64,000 nt of DNA from assembly GCF_044647545.1 (NCBI RefSeq), contig NZ_CP172818.1. One strand, 5' to 3'. Origin of the DNA: Escherichia coli. Its GTDB lineage: Bacteria; Pseudomonadota; Gammaproteobacteria; Enterobacterales; Enterobacteriaceae. Position numbers and translations under genes: made by a program. Shown here piece after piece: positions 1-11,900 of the stretch; positions within the stretch are counted from its first letter, which is position 1; every line of letters begins with the position of its first letter. The notes under the pieces were generated by a model, which had not been told where the DNA came from, did not search any database, and was given only the letters and a program-made list of their open reading frames with translations.

Positions 1-316
1 GCTGTGGGAATGGTCCATTTATTTACAGGAATTTTGAAGATCTTAAACATTGCCCATGCAAAAGCCACATAGGTCAAAATAATCAGTAAATCCATAAGTA
101 TTACTCGGCAGAAGAGGTCTTGATGTCGGCGAGCTGTTTCTCCAGCCCGGCAATACGCTGTTGTAGTTGCACAACGCCGGAGGAGTCATGGTTTTGCATT
201 CCCCATCCCCGCTCCGGGCGGTAAAGCGTGGCCCAAATCCACAAAATGGCCAGATAACATGCAGCGTAAAAAGACTCACCCAACCAGCAACATGAATGGC
301 GTCGGCATGAGGATGA

Positions 317-325
317 TTACGTTTT
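317..325. repeat. IS1 target-site duplication, left copy (ttacgtttt)
   Basis: Identical 9-bp direct repeat ttacgtttt immediately flanks both IS1 ends (317-325 and 1095-1103). Confidence 0.85.
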
Positions 326-351
326 GGTGATGCTGCCAACTTACTGATTTA

Positions 352-657
352 GTGTATGATGGTGTTTTTGAGGTGCTCCAGTGGCTTCTGTTTCTATCAG
401 CTGTCCCTCCTGTTCAGCTACTTGACGGGGTGGTGCGTAACGGCAAAAGCACCGCCGGACATCAGCGTTATCTCTGCTCTCACTGCCGTAAAACATGGCA
501 ACTGCAGTTCACTTACACCGCTTCTCAACCCGGTACGCACCAGAAAATCATTGATATGGCCATGAATGGCGTTGGATGCCGGGCAACCGCCCGCATTATG
601 GGCGTTGGCCTCAACGCGATTTTACGTCACTTAAAAAACTCAGGCCGCAGTCGGTAA
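352..657 (+). CDS. insA: IS1 InsA-like protein, N-terminus altered by a +1 insertion relative to canonical insA
   Basis: ORF-track protein matches InsA from ...[31 protein letters not shown]... to the stop. The canonical GTG start (381) frame hits TGA after about 14 codons because of an extra T at about 422-423 (gctacTtgacgggg). Confidence 0.75.
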   Translation: MYDGVFEVLQWLLFLSAVPPVQLLDGVVRNGKSTAGHQRYLCSHCRKTWQLQFTYTASQPGTHQKIIDMAMNGVGCRATARIMGVGLNAILRHLKNSGRSR

Positions 658-1079
658 CCTCGCGCATACAGCCGGGCAGTGACGTCATCGTCTGCGCGGA
701 AATGGACGAACAGTGGGGCTATGTCGGGGCTAAATCGCGCCAGCGCTGGCTGTTTTACGCGTATGACAGGCTCCGGAAGACGGTTGTTGCGCACGTATTC
801 GGTGAACGCACTATGGCGACGCTGGGGCGTCTTATGAGCCTGCTGTCACCCTTTGACGTGGTGATATGGATGACGGATGGCTGGCCGCTGTATGAATCCC
901 GCCTGAAGGGAAAGCTGCACGTAATCAGCAAGCGATATACGCAGCGAATTGAGCGGCATAACCTGAATCTGAGGCAGCACCTGGCACGGCTGGGACGGAA
1001 GTCGCTGTCGTTCTCAAAATCGGTGGAGCTGCATGACAAAGTCATCGGGCATTATCTGAACATAAAACACTATCAATAA
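576..1079 (+). CDS. insB: IS1 InsB reading frame (transposase C-terminal part, normally expressed as InsAB' by -1 frameshifting)
   Basis: 167-aa ORF (...[19 protein letters not shown]...[15 protein letters not shown]) matching IS1 InsB; A-rich slippery region ttaaaaaactc near the insA stop. Confidence 0.85.
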   Translation: MPGNRPHYGRWPQRDFTSLKKLRPQSVTSRIQPGSDVIVCAEMDEQWGYVGAKSRQRWLFYAYDRLRKTVVAHVFGERTMATLGRLMSLLSPFDVVIWMTDGWPLYESRLKGKLHVISKRYTQRIERHNLNLRQHLARLGRKSLSFSKSVELHDKVIGHYLNIKHYQ

Positions 1080-1094
1080 GTTGGAGTCATTACC

Positions 1095-1103
1095 TTACGT
1101 TTT
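1095..1103. repeat. IS1 target-site duplication, right copy (ttacgtttt)
   Basis: Same 9-mer as 317-325, directly abutting the IS1 right end. Confidence 0.85.
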
Positions 1104-1647
1104 TTAGCAATCAGGTAGGGAATATCATGTAAAATAATAATCCCATAGAATATCACCAGAAATACAAAAATAAGCACTCCCAGTGCAAAATAGTCCAGGA
1201 ACATATTTCCCTCAAAGAATATAAAAAAGAACAATTAACGCATATTATGAAATGCCATGATGCAGTGCAACTTCCTTATTTATATAACGACATATTGTTT
1301 TTTATATACTTTCTGAAATGTGCTGTCTGGTTTTTCAACAGGACGAGGTTTATCATATTGAAATAGTGGAACTATTGGCCAAACTAATGAATAACTCCAG
1401 TAAAACATCCACAGTACAGATTAAGCGTATTAAACCTTCAATTATCTACCGTTTATTGCTGATTGGCCTCGGATCACCAATGGTGATTTACGGCCTGGTT
1501 CGCCCGCTAACCATCGAAACGCGAGATTAAACGCCCGGCAATACACGCCGGGCAGCTTCTGCCAGAAACGCACTTCTGTTGGCGTAGTCTGGGTTATTGC
1601 GCACGTAGGTTTAAAACGTAAATTGTAACAACGTGCGCTTTGTTTAT

Positions 1648-1728
1648 GCCGGATGCGGCGTGTACCTTATCCGGCCTACGGTCAGGTTCCCGTAGGCATG
1701 ATAAGACGCGTAAGCGTCGCATCAGGCA
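1648..1728. repeat. REP/BIME element (two inverted REP units) downstream of aldB
   Basis: gccggatgcggcgtg...cttatccggcctacg followed by cgtaggcatgataagacgcgtaagcgtcgcatcaggca; classic REP palindromic units. Coordinates are approximate. Confidence 0.75.
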
Positions 1729-1758
1729 ATGAATACCCAATGCGACCAGCTTCTTACA

Positions 1759-3297
1759 TCAGAACAGCCCCAACGGTTTATCCGAGTAGCTCACCAGCAG
1801 GCACTTGGTTTGCTGGTAATGCTCAAGCATCATCTTATGGGTTTCGCGTCCGATGCCCGACTGTTTGTAGCCGCCAAACGCCGCATGTGCCGGGTAAGCG
1901 TGATAACAGTTGGTCCACACGCGCCCGGCCTGAATGCCGCGCCCCATCTTATAGGCCAGATTACCGTTGCGGCTCCAGACACCCGCGCCCAGGCCATATT
2001 GCGTGTCGTTCGCCAGCTCCAGCGCCTCGTCCATCGTTTTGAAGGTGGTTACCGCCAGCACCGGACCAAAAATCTCCTCCTGGAACACGCGCATATTATT
2101 CTGACCAAACAAAATCGTCGGTTCGAGGTAGTAACCGTCTTTCAGTTCGCCTTCCAGCAGCTTGCGCCGCCCGCCGGTGAGCACGTCTGCGCCCTCTTTT
2201 TTACCAATATCAATGTAGTTGAGGATGGTTTCCAGTTGCCCGTGAGAAACCTGCGCCCCCATTTGCGTCACGCTGTCGAGCGGGTTACCGCTGCGAATGC
2301 TTTCGACACGGCGGATGGCGCGTTCCATAAAGCGTTCGTAGATAGACTCCTGCACTAAAGCACGGCTTGGACAGGTGCAAACTTCGCCCTGGTTAAAGGC
2401 AAACAGTGCAAAGCCTTCCAGCGCTTTATCGAAAAAGGCATCTTCTTCATCCATCACATCAGCAAAGAAGATATTTGGGGATTTGCCGCCCAGCTCCAGC
2501 GTCACCGGAATAATGTTTTGCGTGGCGTACTGCATAATTTGTTGGCCCACTTCCGTTGAGCCGGTAAACGCCACTTTGGCGATGCGTTTCGAGGTCGCCA
2601 GATATTCGCCAATTTCTCCGCCCGCACCGTTGACCACGTTCACCACGCCCGGCGGCAGTAAATCACCGACGATTTCCATTAGCAGCAGTACTGAGAGCGG
2701 GGTAAGACGTGCGGGTTTCAGCACCACACAGTTGCCCGCCGCCAGCGCGGGAGCCATTTTCCAGCTCGCCATCAGCAGCGGGAAGTTCCACGGAATAATC
2801 TGCCCCACCACGCCTAACGGTTCGTGGAAGTGATAAGCCACAGTTTCGCTATCCACTTCACTAATACCGCCTTCCTGCGCCCGAATACACGAGGCAAAAT
2901 AGCGAAAATGGTCAATCGCCAGCGGCACATCAGCAGCACTGGTTTCGCGAATGGGTTTGCCGTTATCCCAGGTTTCAGCGGTCGCTAACAGTTCGAGGTT
3001 CTGCTCCATCCGATCGGCAATCTTAAACAGAATCGCCGCGCGATCCTGCACCGAAGTATGCGCCCATTTATCTTTCACTTTGTGCGCAGCATCCAGCGCC
3101 AGATCGATGTCTCGTTTGCCCGAAGACGCCACTTCGCACAGCAGCTGTCCGGTCACCGGCGTCAGGTTCTGGTAATACTCGCCGTCGGCAGGGGCTACCC
3201 ATTCGCCGCCAATAAAGTTGTCGTAGCGGGCTTTTAACTTGAGGGGGAAACCATACTCGCCGGGCTTAATCTGTGCTGAAGGGGGATTATTGGTCAT
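1759..3297 (-). CDS. aldB: NADP-dependent aldehyde dehydrogenase B
   Basis: 512-aa product beginning [17 protein letters not shown] with aldehyde dehydrogenase motifs (ELGGKSP, catalytic Cys region). The ORF track extends to 3435 but the ATG at 3297 gives the conserved length. Confidence 0.95.
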   Translation of the reverse strand: MTNNPPSAQIKPGEYGFPLKLKARYDNFIGGEWVAPADGEYYQNLTPVTGQLLCEVASSGKRDIDLALDAAHKVKDKWAHTSVQDRAAILFKIADRMEQNLELLATAETWDNGKPIRETSAADVPLAIDHFRYFASCIRAQEGGISEVDSETVAYHFHEPLGVVGQIIPWNFPLLMASWKMAPALAAGNCVVLKPARLTPLSVLLLMEIVGDLLPPGVVNVVNGAGGEIGEYLATSKRIAKVAFTGSTEVGQQIMQYATQNIIPVTLELGGKSPNIFFADVMDEEDAFFDKALEGFALFAFNQGEVCTCPSRALVQESIYERFMERAIRRVESIRSGNPLDSVTQMGAQVSHGQLETILNYIDIGKKEGADVLTGGRRKLLEGELKDGYYLEPTILFGQNNMRVFQEEIFGPVLAVTTFKTMDEALELANDTQYGLGAGVWSRNGNLAYKMGRGIQAGRVWTNCYHAYPAHAAFGGYKQSGIGRETHKMMLEHYQQTKCLLVSYSDKPLGLF

Positions 3298-3461
3298 GAT
3301 CGTCTCCTTGCGGTGTGAGGTATAACAAGGGTAGACGTGACTGGCGAAATCTTCGCCAGTCGATAACAGCTTTACGACGGCTATCACGAATTTACGGGCA
3401 AGGGTTACAGAGATAGTTGAAAAAGCGGCTGACAACTCGCCAGCCGTTGCGGGAATGATGA

Positions 3462-4613
3462 TTACATTGCGGCGCGATAAATCGCCACAATTTCTTCGTG
3501 AGTTGCCTGGATCGGGTTAGTAAAGCCACAGGCATCTTTCAGGGCATTAGTCGCCAGTACCGCGAAATCTTCTTCTTTCACGTTCAGGTCACGCAGGCCT
3601 GCCGGGATATCCACTTTCTTCGCCAGTTCACGGATGGCGTTAATGCAGGCTTCAGCACCTTCCGCGTCGTTTTTACCAGTCACGTTCACGCCCATTGCAG
3701 CGGCACAGTCACGCAGACGTGCTGCAGCGACTTTGCTATTGAATACCTGAACGTGTGGCAGCAGAACAGCATTACATACACCGTGTGGCAGGTTGTAGAA
3801 ACCGCCCAGCTGGTGCGCCATCGCATGAACATAACCCAGAGAAGCATTATTGAACGCCATACCGGCGAGGAACTGGGCATAAGCCATTGCTTCACGCGCT
3901 TTAGCATTGCTGCCATCTTCAACGGCTAACGGCAGATTTTCGGCAATCATGGTCACCGCTTTCAGTGCGCAAGCGTCAGTGATCGGCGTGGCGGCAATAG
4001 AAACATACGCTTCGATAGCGTGCGTTAAGGCATCCATACCCGTTGCGGCGGTCAGTGACTTCGGCATACCGATCATCAGAGAGGAGTCATTGACAGAAAG
4101 CAACGGAGTTACATGTTTATCAACAATCGCCATTTTGATATGACGCGCTTCGTCAGTGATGATGCAGAAACGGGTCATTTCAGAGGCCGTACCCGCCGTG
4201 GTATTGATGGCGATCATCGGCAGCTGCGGTTTTGCAGAGCGGTCAACGCCTTCGTAATCGCGAATATCGCCGCCATTGGCTGCCACCAGCGCAATACCTT
4301 TTGCGCAGTCGTGCGGAGAACCACCGCCTAAGGAGATCACGCTATCGCAATTATTTTCTTTAAGTAATTTCAAACCTGCGGCGACGTTTTCCGTGGTGGG
4401 GTTAGGTTGGGTGCCATCATAAATAACGCTAAAAATATTGCGTTCTTCCAGTGCTTTTTGCACATCACCCGCCATACCCAATTTCGTTAACATATTGTCG
4501 GTGACAATTAAGGTACGGGTAAATCCATAATCTGCCATCATATTCATTGCATCATTCAATGAATCAGCACCAATAACATTCACGGAAGGAATAAAAAAGG
4601 TTGAAGCTGCCAT
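3462..4613 (-). CDS. yiaY: Iron-containing (group III) alcohol dehydrogenase
   Basis: 383-aa ORF ([19 protein letters not shown]...) with the GGGSPHD NAD-binding motif typical of Fe-ADH; position next to aldB as in K-12. Confidence 0.9.
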   Translation of the reverse strand: MAASTFFIPSVNVIGADSLNDAMNMMADYGFTRTLIVTDNMLTKLGMAGDVQKALEERNIFSVIYDGTQPNPTTENVAAGLKLLKENNCDSVISLGGGSPHDCAKGIALVAANGGDIRDYEGVDRSAKPQLPMIAINTTAGTASEMTRFCIITDEARHIKMAIVDKHVTPLLSVNDSSLMIGMPKSLTAATGMDALTHAIEAYVSIAATPITDACALKAVTMIAENLPLAVEDGSNAKAREAMAYAQFLAGMAFNNASLGYVHAMAHQLGGFYNLPHGVCNAVLLPHVQVFNSKVAAARLRDCAAAMGVNVTGKNDAEGAEACINAIRELAKKVDIPAGLRDLNVKEEDFAVLATNALKDACGFTNPIQATHEEIVAIYRAAM

Positions 4614-4803
4614 AACACACTCCTGAAAGTGTAAAAAAGGGCGGGCAGCTTACTGAGGATTTTCATTTGAAAATATGATCAACATTACCGTTTATTAAAA
4701 TATTTTTAATAAAAAGCACGTTACATTCATCAAATAACGTGCCTTCTTAACATTAATAAGAAATTTTGTATTAATTCATATTTATTATGAATTAATCATT
4801 TCC

Positions 4804-6648
4804 TTATTTTTCCGGAAATAATAATGCGTCGCGCAATAAATGATCATTTCCACGACGACGCGTAAAGCCAATGCGGTCAAAATATTCCAGAATCTGAATT
4901 GCCAGCTTTCGGCCTACGCCTAAGCGATCGCGGAAATCCGCCGCGCAGGTTGAACCACACTCCTGATCGAGATCGCGGATCATATTGGCAAACTCGACAA
5001 TCCGATCGTTACGGTAATAACGATCTTTGACGATCGCGGTAATTATTCCTTGCTGCGCCGCCTGACGTAGCGTCAGACGCATTGCCTGCTCGTCGGTTCC
5101 CGTCTCTTTTGCCAGGTCTCGCACCCACCACGGTTCGTCACCAAACAGTGGCTCTGCTTTTTGCCAGATGGCCTGCTGCTCTTCGCTGAAGCCCGCTTTG
5201 TGATCCGGCAGATGCAGCCAGCCGTGATGACTGAGGATGTCACCGCTTTCACGCATCTTTTCAATCAGCAACAGTACCAGCGCTTCATCTTCCATTGGCA
5301 ACGCCATACGTCGCAGACGTTCGCGCCCAGGACCAGGTTCATCGCGATGTTTCTCATGATAAGTCGCTAATGTGTCGAGAATTTTCCGCTGCCAGCGGGC
5401 GGCAACTGGCGCATTCAACAAGCTGTAACCAGCCTGAATATAGCCAGGCTGTTGCAGCAGTTCGCGCATCCCTTCGCCGTTGAGCTGCCGTGCCCAGGCG
5501 AAATCCGCAAGGTTAACCGCGCCGCGTTCCAGATGAACAGATAACGCATCGGCATCGCTCTGCGCCCGTGCAAGAGACGCCAGCCATTGCAGATATTCCG
5601 GCTTACGCTTACCGCGACGCGGCGGGTTAAGCATCACCACACGCGCCCCCGCCAGCGTGTTGCGGGCCGAGATATCGCGCAGCACTATGCGATCGTTATC
5701 CGCCAGCCACAGCGGCGTGTCGAACACCAGCTCGGCAAGGTTATCTTCCAGCAGCGAAACGCGTCCCGTAACGTGGCTGGCGGCGTGGTGAATATGCAGT
5801 GGCTGCCACTGGGTCAGCGGTGTATGGGTTTGAAGCTCGACTATCACCCGCGTAAACGGCTCCGGCGGCACATCGGCAAGCAGCCAGTCGCCACGGTTAA
5901 TCTGCTCTTTTTCCGCATCACCCGCGATGTTAAGCGCGATACGCTGCCCGGCATGGGCAGTTTCTGTTGGCTGATTTTGCGCATGTAGCGCACGCACGCG
6001 CATCGGTTTATTTACACCAGTCAGCCAGATTGAATCGCCTACCTTCACTTCCCCGCTTAACGCCGTACCGGTGACGACCAGCCCGGCACCTTTTACGGTA
6101 AATGCGCGGTCGATCGCGAGGCGGAAACTATGTTGGCTGGCGTGTTCACGTTCTGGTAACTGAAGCAAATGCTCGCGCAGGGCATCAATTCCCCGACCTT
6201 CGGTTGCTGCGGTGATAAACAGTTTTGCCTCAGCAAAACCGTATTCCCGCAGCACCTCCTTTACCTGGCGTTCAACCTCATCAACACGCGCTTCGTCCAC
6301 GCGATCGGCTTTGGTCAGCGCCACTGTCAGCATCGGGTTACCGGTCAGCTGCAAAATCGCCAGATGCTCACGGGTCTGTGCCATCACGCCGTCATCGCAC
6401 GCCACCACCAACAGCGCGTGATCGATACCACCAACGCCCGCCAGCATGTTGGAAAGAAACTTTTCATGACCGGGAACGTCGATAAAACCCGGAACACGAC
6501 CATCCGGCTGCGGCCAGTAGGCATAGCCGAGATCGATGGTCATGCCGCGCTTTTTTTCTTCCGGCAGACGGTCGGCATTTACGCCAGTAATCGCCTGCAA
6601 TAAGGTTGTTTTGCCGTGGTCAACGTGTCCGGCAGTCGCAATAATCAT
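4804..6648 (-). CDS. selB: Selenocysteine-specific translation elongation factor SelB
   Basis: 614-aa ORF with N-terminal GTPase motifs ([28 protein letters not shown]); overlaps selA by 4 bp. Confidence 0.95.
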   Translation of the reverse strand: MIIATAGHVDHGKTTLLQAITGVNADRLPEEKKRGMTIDLGYAYWPQPDGRVPGFIDVPGHEKFLSNMLAGVGGIDHALLVVACDDGVMAQTREHLAILQLTGNPMLTVALTKADRVDEARVDEVERQVKEVLREYGFAEAKLFITAATEGRGIDALREHLLQLPEREHASQHSFRLAIDRAFTVKGAGLVVTGTALSGEVKVGDSIWLTGVNKPMRVRALHAQNQPTETAHAGQRIALNIAGDAEKEQINRGDWLLADVPPEPFTRVIVELQTHTPLTQWQPLHIHHAASHVTGRVSLLEDNLAELVFDTPLWLADNDRIVLRDISARNTLAGARVVMLNPPRRGKRKPEYLQWLASLARAQSDADALSVHLERGAVNLADFAWARQLNGEGMRELLQQPGYIQAGYSLLNAPVAARWQRKILDTLATYHEKHRDEPGPGRERLRRMALPMEDEALVLLLIEKMRESGDILSHHGWLHLPDHKAGFSEEQQAIWQKAEPLFGDEPWWVRDLAKETGTDEQAMRLTLRQAAQQGIITAIVKDRYYRNDRIVEFANMIRDLDQECGSTCAADFRDRLGVGRKLAIQILEYFDRIGFTRRRGNDHLLRDALLFPEK

Positions 6649-8036
6649 TTCAACAACATCTCCAAAAACCGTTGCTCATCTTCAAGGCAGCGTAAATCCA
6701 GCCACAATCGTCCGTCATAAATACGACCAATCACCGGCACTGGCAATTCACGCCAGCGGGCGGCTAATGACTCAAGGTGGCTACCGCGTCCATCATGGGG
6801 TGTAAACGTTAATGCCGCGCTCGGCAGGCGATCAACCGGCAGCGAACCACTGCCAATCTGCGAAAGACATGGCATAACCTGTACCGCAAACTCCGCGCCG
6901 TAATGTGCGGCAAGGGGAGCCTGTAAACGTTGTGCCTGGATTTGAATGACCTCTGCGCTGCGGGTAAGCAGGCGCAGGGTCGGTAATTTTTTACTCAGAG
7001 CTTCAGGGTGTAAATAAAGACGCAACGTGGCTTCCAGCGCCGCAAGGGTCATTTTATCCGCGCGTAATGCACGCTTCAGCGGGTGGCTTTGCAGTCGGGC
7101 GATCATCTCTTTTTTACCAACAATAATTCCTGCCTGCGGCCCGCCTAACAACTTGTCGCCGGAGAAGCTCACCAGACTGACGCCCGCCGCAATCAACTCC
7201 TGCGGCATTGGCTCTTTCGGCAAACCGTACTGGCTAAGATCGACCAGCGAGCCACTGCCTAAATCAGTCACTACGGGGACATCCAGCTCTTTGCCGAGCG
7301 CCACCAGTTCCGCTTCATCTATCGCTTTGGTGAATCCCTGAATGCTGTAGTTACTGGTATGTACTTTCATCAACAGCGCGGTATTTTCATTCACCGCCTG
7401 GCGATAATCATTAGCGTGCGTGCGGTTGGTGGTCCCCACTTCGTGTAGGGTGCAGCCTGCCTGACGCATAACATCGGGAATACGAAACGCGCCGCCAATC
7501 TCCACCAGTTCGCCGCGAGAAACCACCACCTCTTTCCCGCTGGCAGTGGCCGCCAACATCAATAACACCGCCGCCGCATTGTTATTAACGATACAGGCAT
7601 CTTCCGCCCCCGTAATACGGCACAGCAGCTGCGCCAGCGCCCGATCGCGATGTCCGCGTCCGGCGTCGTCCAGATCGTACTCGAGGGTCACTGGCGAACG
7701 CATAGCCTTCGTAACGGCTTCCACCGCGGCTTCCGCCTGTAAAGCTCGCCCAAGGTTGGTATGCAGCACGGTTCCCGTCAGGTTGATTACCGGACGCAGC
7801 GCGCTTTGCGCCTCTTTCGTCAACCGGGCATCGACTTCTTGCGCCCAGTTTTCACACCACGCGGGAAGCGTCTGGCTGTCTCGAATCACTTCTCGCGCTT
7901 CGTCAAGCATCTGACGCAGCAATTCCACCACGCGGGTGTGACCATAAGTATCACGCAAAGAAAGGAAGGAGCTATCGCGCAATAAGCGATCAATAGCCGG
8001 AAGTTGACTATAGAGGGAACGCGTTTCGGTTGTCAT
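6645..8036 (-). CDS. selA: L-seryl-tRNA(Sec) selenium transferase
   Basis: 463-aa ORF ([19 protein letters not shown]...), PLP-dependent fold; selAB operon arrangement. Confidence 0.95.
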   Translation of the reverse strand: MTTETRSLYSQLPAIDRLLRDSSFLSLRDTYGHTRVVELLRQMLDEAREVIRDSQTLPAWCENWAQEVDARLTKEAQSALRPVINLTGTVLHTNLGRALQAEAAVEAVTKAMRSPVTLEYDLDDAGRGHRDRALAQLLCRITGAEDACIVNNNAAAVLLMLAATASGKEVVVSRGELVEIGGAFRIPDVMRQAGCTLHEVGTTNRTHANDYRQAVNENTALLMKVHTSNYSIQGFTKAIDEAELVALGKELDVPVVTDLGSGSLVDLSQYGLPKEPMPQELIAAGVSLVSFSGDKLLGGPQAGIIVGKKEMIARLQSHPLKRALRADKMTLAALEATLRLYLHPEALSKKLPTLRLLTRSAEVIQIQAQRLQAPLAAHYGAEFAVQVMPCLSQIGSGSLPVDRLPSAALTFTPHDGRGSHLESLAARWRELPVPVIGRIYDGRLWLDLRCLEDEQRFLEMLLK

Positions 8037-8133
8037 AGGAAACCTGGCTGATCAAGGCCCTCTCACACGGAGAAGGGCGTTTAACATAACCACGGATTGT
8101 AACGTGAGATGGGTCAGGAGGACATATCGCGCA

Positions 8134-8742
8134 TCAAGCCTTTGGCGGTTCGGTGCGAGCAAAACTTTCGCGGCTAAACAGGTTTTCGACCAGTTTGACT
8201 AAGTGTGGGCGGTCGACACACCAGCCTGGCGCAACGCGGCGGAAATTGAGATATCCGACGGCACAGGCAATGGCGATAGTCGCCAGATTGACCGTATCGG
8301 TTTTGAGCGTGCCATCGACCAGATATCCTTCCAGCACATCCAGACTGCGGTTGATTTTCTCCCGCTGGCGTAACAATTCATCTTCAGACTGCTGCGCCGC
8401 CGGACGCGCCTGTTCACGCACCGATACCAGCCCGGCATCCATAATGCCATCCGCCAGTGCCTCAATTTTGCGCACTCGCAACGACTCCAGCGGATCGCGC
8501 GGCAACATCGCCGGAGCGACATTCATTAATTCAATATATTCAGCGATGATCGCCGAATCAAACCAACATTCACCCTCTTCGGTCACCAGCACCGGCACTT
8601 TCCCTAACGGGTTAAATTGCGCCACGCCGTTGTCCGCGTTATAGGGCAGTTCATTAATAAATTCGAAAGTTATGCCCTTTTCTAACAACAGAATAGAAAG
8701 TTTGCGTACAAACGGGCTGGTGTAGCTACCGACGAGTTTCAT
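8134..8742 (-). CDS. yibF: Glutathione S-transferase-like protein
   Basis: 202-aa ORF ([24 protein letters not shown]...) with GST N-terminal thioredoxin-like fold signature; K-12 gene order. Confidence 0.85.
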   Translation of the reverse strand: MKLVGSYTSPFVRKLSILLLEKGITFEFINELPYNADNGVAQFNPLGKVPVLVTEEGECWFDSAIIAEYIELMNVAPAMLPRDPLESLRVRKIEALADGIMDAGLVSVREQARPAAQQSEDELLRQREKINRSLDVLEGYLVDGTLKTDTVNLATIAIACAVGYLNFRRVAPGWCVDRPHLVKLVENLFSRESFARTEPPKA

Positions 8743-8970
8743 GCCGAGTCCTTTGTGCGAGGAAAAATATCAGTATGGCCTGGTGATGGGAAAAAGGGCA
8801 GAAAATGTTGATGGTTTGTTACTTCCCAATAAATCACATATTTATCATGGTGATATAAATATTTTCCTAATTGTTCTTATCTGACAGATATCTCACTTAA
8901 GGCTTTCTTATAAATCTGTAGGGTTTCGCCTGTCAGCAGACAAATAACCCGATAAAACAAGGATGAGCAG

Positions 8971-11900
8971 ATGAGCGGAAAACCGGCGGCGCGTCAGGGC
9001 GACATGACGCAGTATGGCGGTAGCATTGTCCAGGGTTCAGCCGGGGTACGTATTGGTGCCCCCACCGGCGTGGCCTGTTCGGTGTGCCCCGGCGGAGTAA
9101 CGTCCGGCCATCCGGTCAATCCGCTGCTCGGTGCAAAGGTCCTTCCCGGCGAGACAGACATCGCCCTGCCCGGCCCGCTGCCGTTCATTCTCTCCCGCAC
9201 CTACAGCAGTTACCGGACAAAAACGCCCGCGCCGGTGGGGAGCCTCGGCCCCGGCTGGAAAATGCCTGCGGATATCCGCTTACAGCTGCGCGATAACACA
9301 CTGATACTCAGTGATAACGGCGGCAGAAGCCTGTATTTTGAGCACCTGTTTCCCGGTGAGGACGGTTACAGCCGCAGCGAGTCACTCTGGCTGGTGCGCG
9401 GCGGCGTGGCGAAACTGGATGAAGGTCACCGGCTGGCCGCACTCTGGCAGGCGCTGCCGGAAGAGCTTCGCCTGAGTCCGCATCGTTATCTGGCGACGAA
9501 CAGTCCACAGGGGCCGTGGTGGGTACTCGGCTGGTGTGAGCGGGTGCCGGAGGCGGATGAGGTGCTGCCTGCGCCGCTGCCGCCGTACCGGGTACTGACC
9601 GGGCTGGTGGACCGCTTCGGGCGCACACAGACGTTCCACCGTGAGGCTGGCGGCGAATTCAGCGGCGAAATCACCGGCGTGACGGATGGCGCAGGCCGTC
9701 ACTTCCGGCTGGTACTGACCACGCAGGCGCTGCGGGCAGAAGAGGCCCGGCAGAAGGCCATTTCCGGCGGGACGGAACCGTCCGCTTTTCCTGATACCCT
9801 GCCGGACTACACGGAATATGGCCGGGACAACGGTATCCGTCTGTCTGCCGTGTGGCTGACACACGACCCTGAATACCCGGAGAATTTACCTGCCGCGCCG
9901 CTGGTGCGCTATGGCTGGACGCCACGCGGCGAACTGGCGGTGGTGTATGACCGCAGCAATACACAGGTGCGCAGCTTTACTTACGATGATAAATACCGGG
10001 GCCGGATGGTGGCGCACCGTCACACGGGCCGGCCGGAAATCCGTTACCGTTACGACAGTGACGGGCGGGTGACAGAACAGCTAAACCCGGCAGGCTTAAG
10101 CTACACGTATCAGTATGAGAAAGACCGCATCACCATCACCGACAGCCTGGACCGCCGTGAAGTCCTGCATACCGCAGGCGAAGGCGGCCTGAAGCGGGTG
10201 GTGAAAAAGGAACACGCGGACGGCAGCGTCACGCAGAGTCAGTTTGACGCGGTGGGCAGGCTTAAGACACAGACGGATGCCGCAGGCCGGACAACAGAAT
10301 ACAGCCCGGATGTGGTGACGGGCCTCATCACGCGCATCACCACGCCGGATGGCAGGGCATCGGCGTTTTACTATAACCACCACAGCCAGTTAACGTCAGC
10401 CACCGGGCCTGACGGGCTGGAAATACGCCGGGAATATGATGAATCCGGCCGTCTGATTCAGGAAACCGCCCCTGACGGCGATATCACCCGCTACCGTTAT
10501 GATAATCCACACAGTGACTTCCCCTGCGCAACGGAAGATGCCACCGGCAGCCGGAAAACCATGACGTGGAGCCGTTACGGTCAGTTGCTGAGCTTCACCG
10601 ACTGTTCCGGCTACCAGACCCGTTATGACCATGACCGCTTCGGGCAGATGACGGCGGTGCACCGCGAGGAAGGCCTGAGCCAGTGCCGCGCATACGACAG
10701 CCGTGGACAGTTAATTGCCGTGAAAGACACGCAGGGCCATGAAACGCGGTATGAATACAACATCGCCGGTGACCTGACCGCCGTCATTGCCCCGGACGGC
10801 AGCAGAAACGGGACACAGTACGATGCGTGGGGAAAGGCCATCCGTACCACGCAGGGCGGGCTGACCCGCAGTATGGAATACGATGCTGCAGGACGGGTCA
10901 TCCGCCTGACAAACGAAAACGGCAGCCACACCACCTTCCGTTACGATGTACTCGACCGGCTGATACAGGAAACCGGCTTTGACGGCCGCACACAGCGTTA
11001 CCACCACGACCTGACCGGCAAACTTATCCGCAGCGAGGATGAGGGGCTGGTCACCCACTGGCACTATGACGAAGCAGACCGCATCACGCAGCGAACGGTG
11101 AATGGTGAAACCGCAGAACAGTGGCGGTACGACGAACGCGGCTGGCTGACACAAATCAGCCATCTCAGCGAAGGGCACCGGGTGACGGTGCATTACGGGT
11201 ATGATGAGAAAGGCCGCCTGACCGGTGAGCGCCAGACGGTGCATCATCCGCAGACGGAAGCACTGCTCTGGCAGCATGAGACCAGACATGCGTACAACGC
11301 GCAGGGGCTGGCGAACCGCTGTATACCGGACAACCTGCCCGCCGTGGAATGGCTGACTTATGGCAGTGGTTACCTGGCAGGGATGAAACTCGGCGACACA
11401 CCGCTGGTGGAGTACACCCGCGACCGCCTGCACCGGGAAACGCTGCGCAGCTTCGGCCGTTATGAACTCACCACCGCTTATACCCCTGCCGGGCAGTTAC
11501 AGAGCCAGCACCTGAACAGCCTGCAGTATGACCGCGATTACACCTGGAACGACAACGGCGAACTCATTCGCATCAGCAGCCCGCGCCAGACCCGGAGTTA
11601 CAGCTACAGCGACTCCGGCAGGCTGACCGGCGTTCACACCACCGCAGCGAACCTGGATATCCGCATCCCGTATGCCACGGACCCGGCAGGTAACCGCCTG
11701 CCCGACCCGGAGCTGCACCCGGACAGCACCCTCAGCATGTGGCCGGATAACCGTATCGCCCGTGACGCGCACTATCTTTACCGGTATGACCGTCACGGCA
11801 GGCTGACGGAGAAAACCGACCTCATCCCGGAAGGGGTTATCCGCACGGATGATGAGCGGACTCACCGGTACCATTACGACAGCCGGCACCGGCTGGTGCA

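Larger units (their letters stand above)
326..1094 (+). mobile_element. IS1: IS1 insertion sequence (769 bp) with terminal inverted repeats
   Basis: Starts ggtgatgctgccaacttactgat and ends tatcaataagttggagtcattacc (IS1 inverted repeats from memory); contains insA and insB reading frames; flanked by a 9-bp target duplication. Confidence 0.95.
101..1204 (-). pseudogene. yiaW: yiaW-like DUF3302 inner-membrane protein gene, interrupted by IS1 and carrying a -1 frameshift
   Basis: Minus-strand translation of 1204..1095 ([36 protein letters not shown]) continues in frame across the IS1 insertion into 325..240 ([25 protein letters not shown]). It then needs a frame change at the A4 run (243-246) to reach the homologous C-terminus ending at the stop 101-103 ([19 protein letters not shown]...SSAE). 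Close paralog of yibI at 19881-20243. Confidence 0.7.

Noticed and set aside
1318-1530. 70-aa ORF in the yiaW-aldB intergenic region
   Set aside because: No recognisable domain, AT-rich promoter-like context and no convincing ribosome-binding site; probably a chance ORF, though a small protein cannot be excluded.
3298-3435. N-terminal extension of the aldB ORF (track ORF 1759..3435, 558 aa)
   Set aside because: The conserved aldehyde dehydrogenase begins at the ATG at 3297 ([11 protein letters not shown]...), giving the expected 512 aa; the extra 46 codons are an upstream in-frame artefact.
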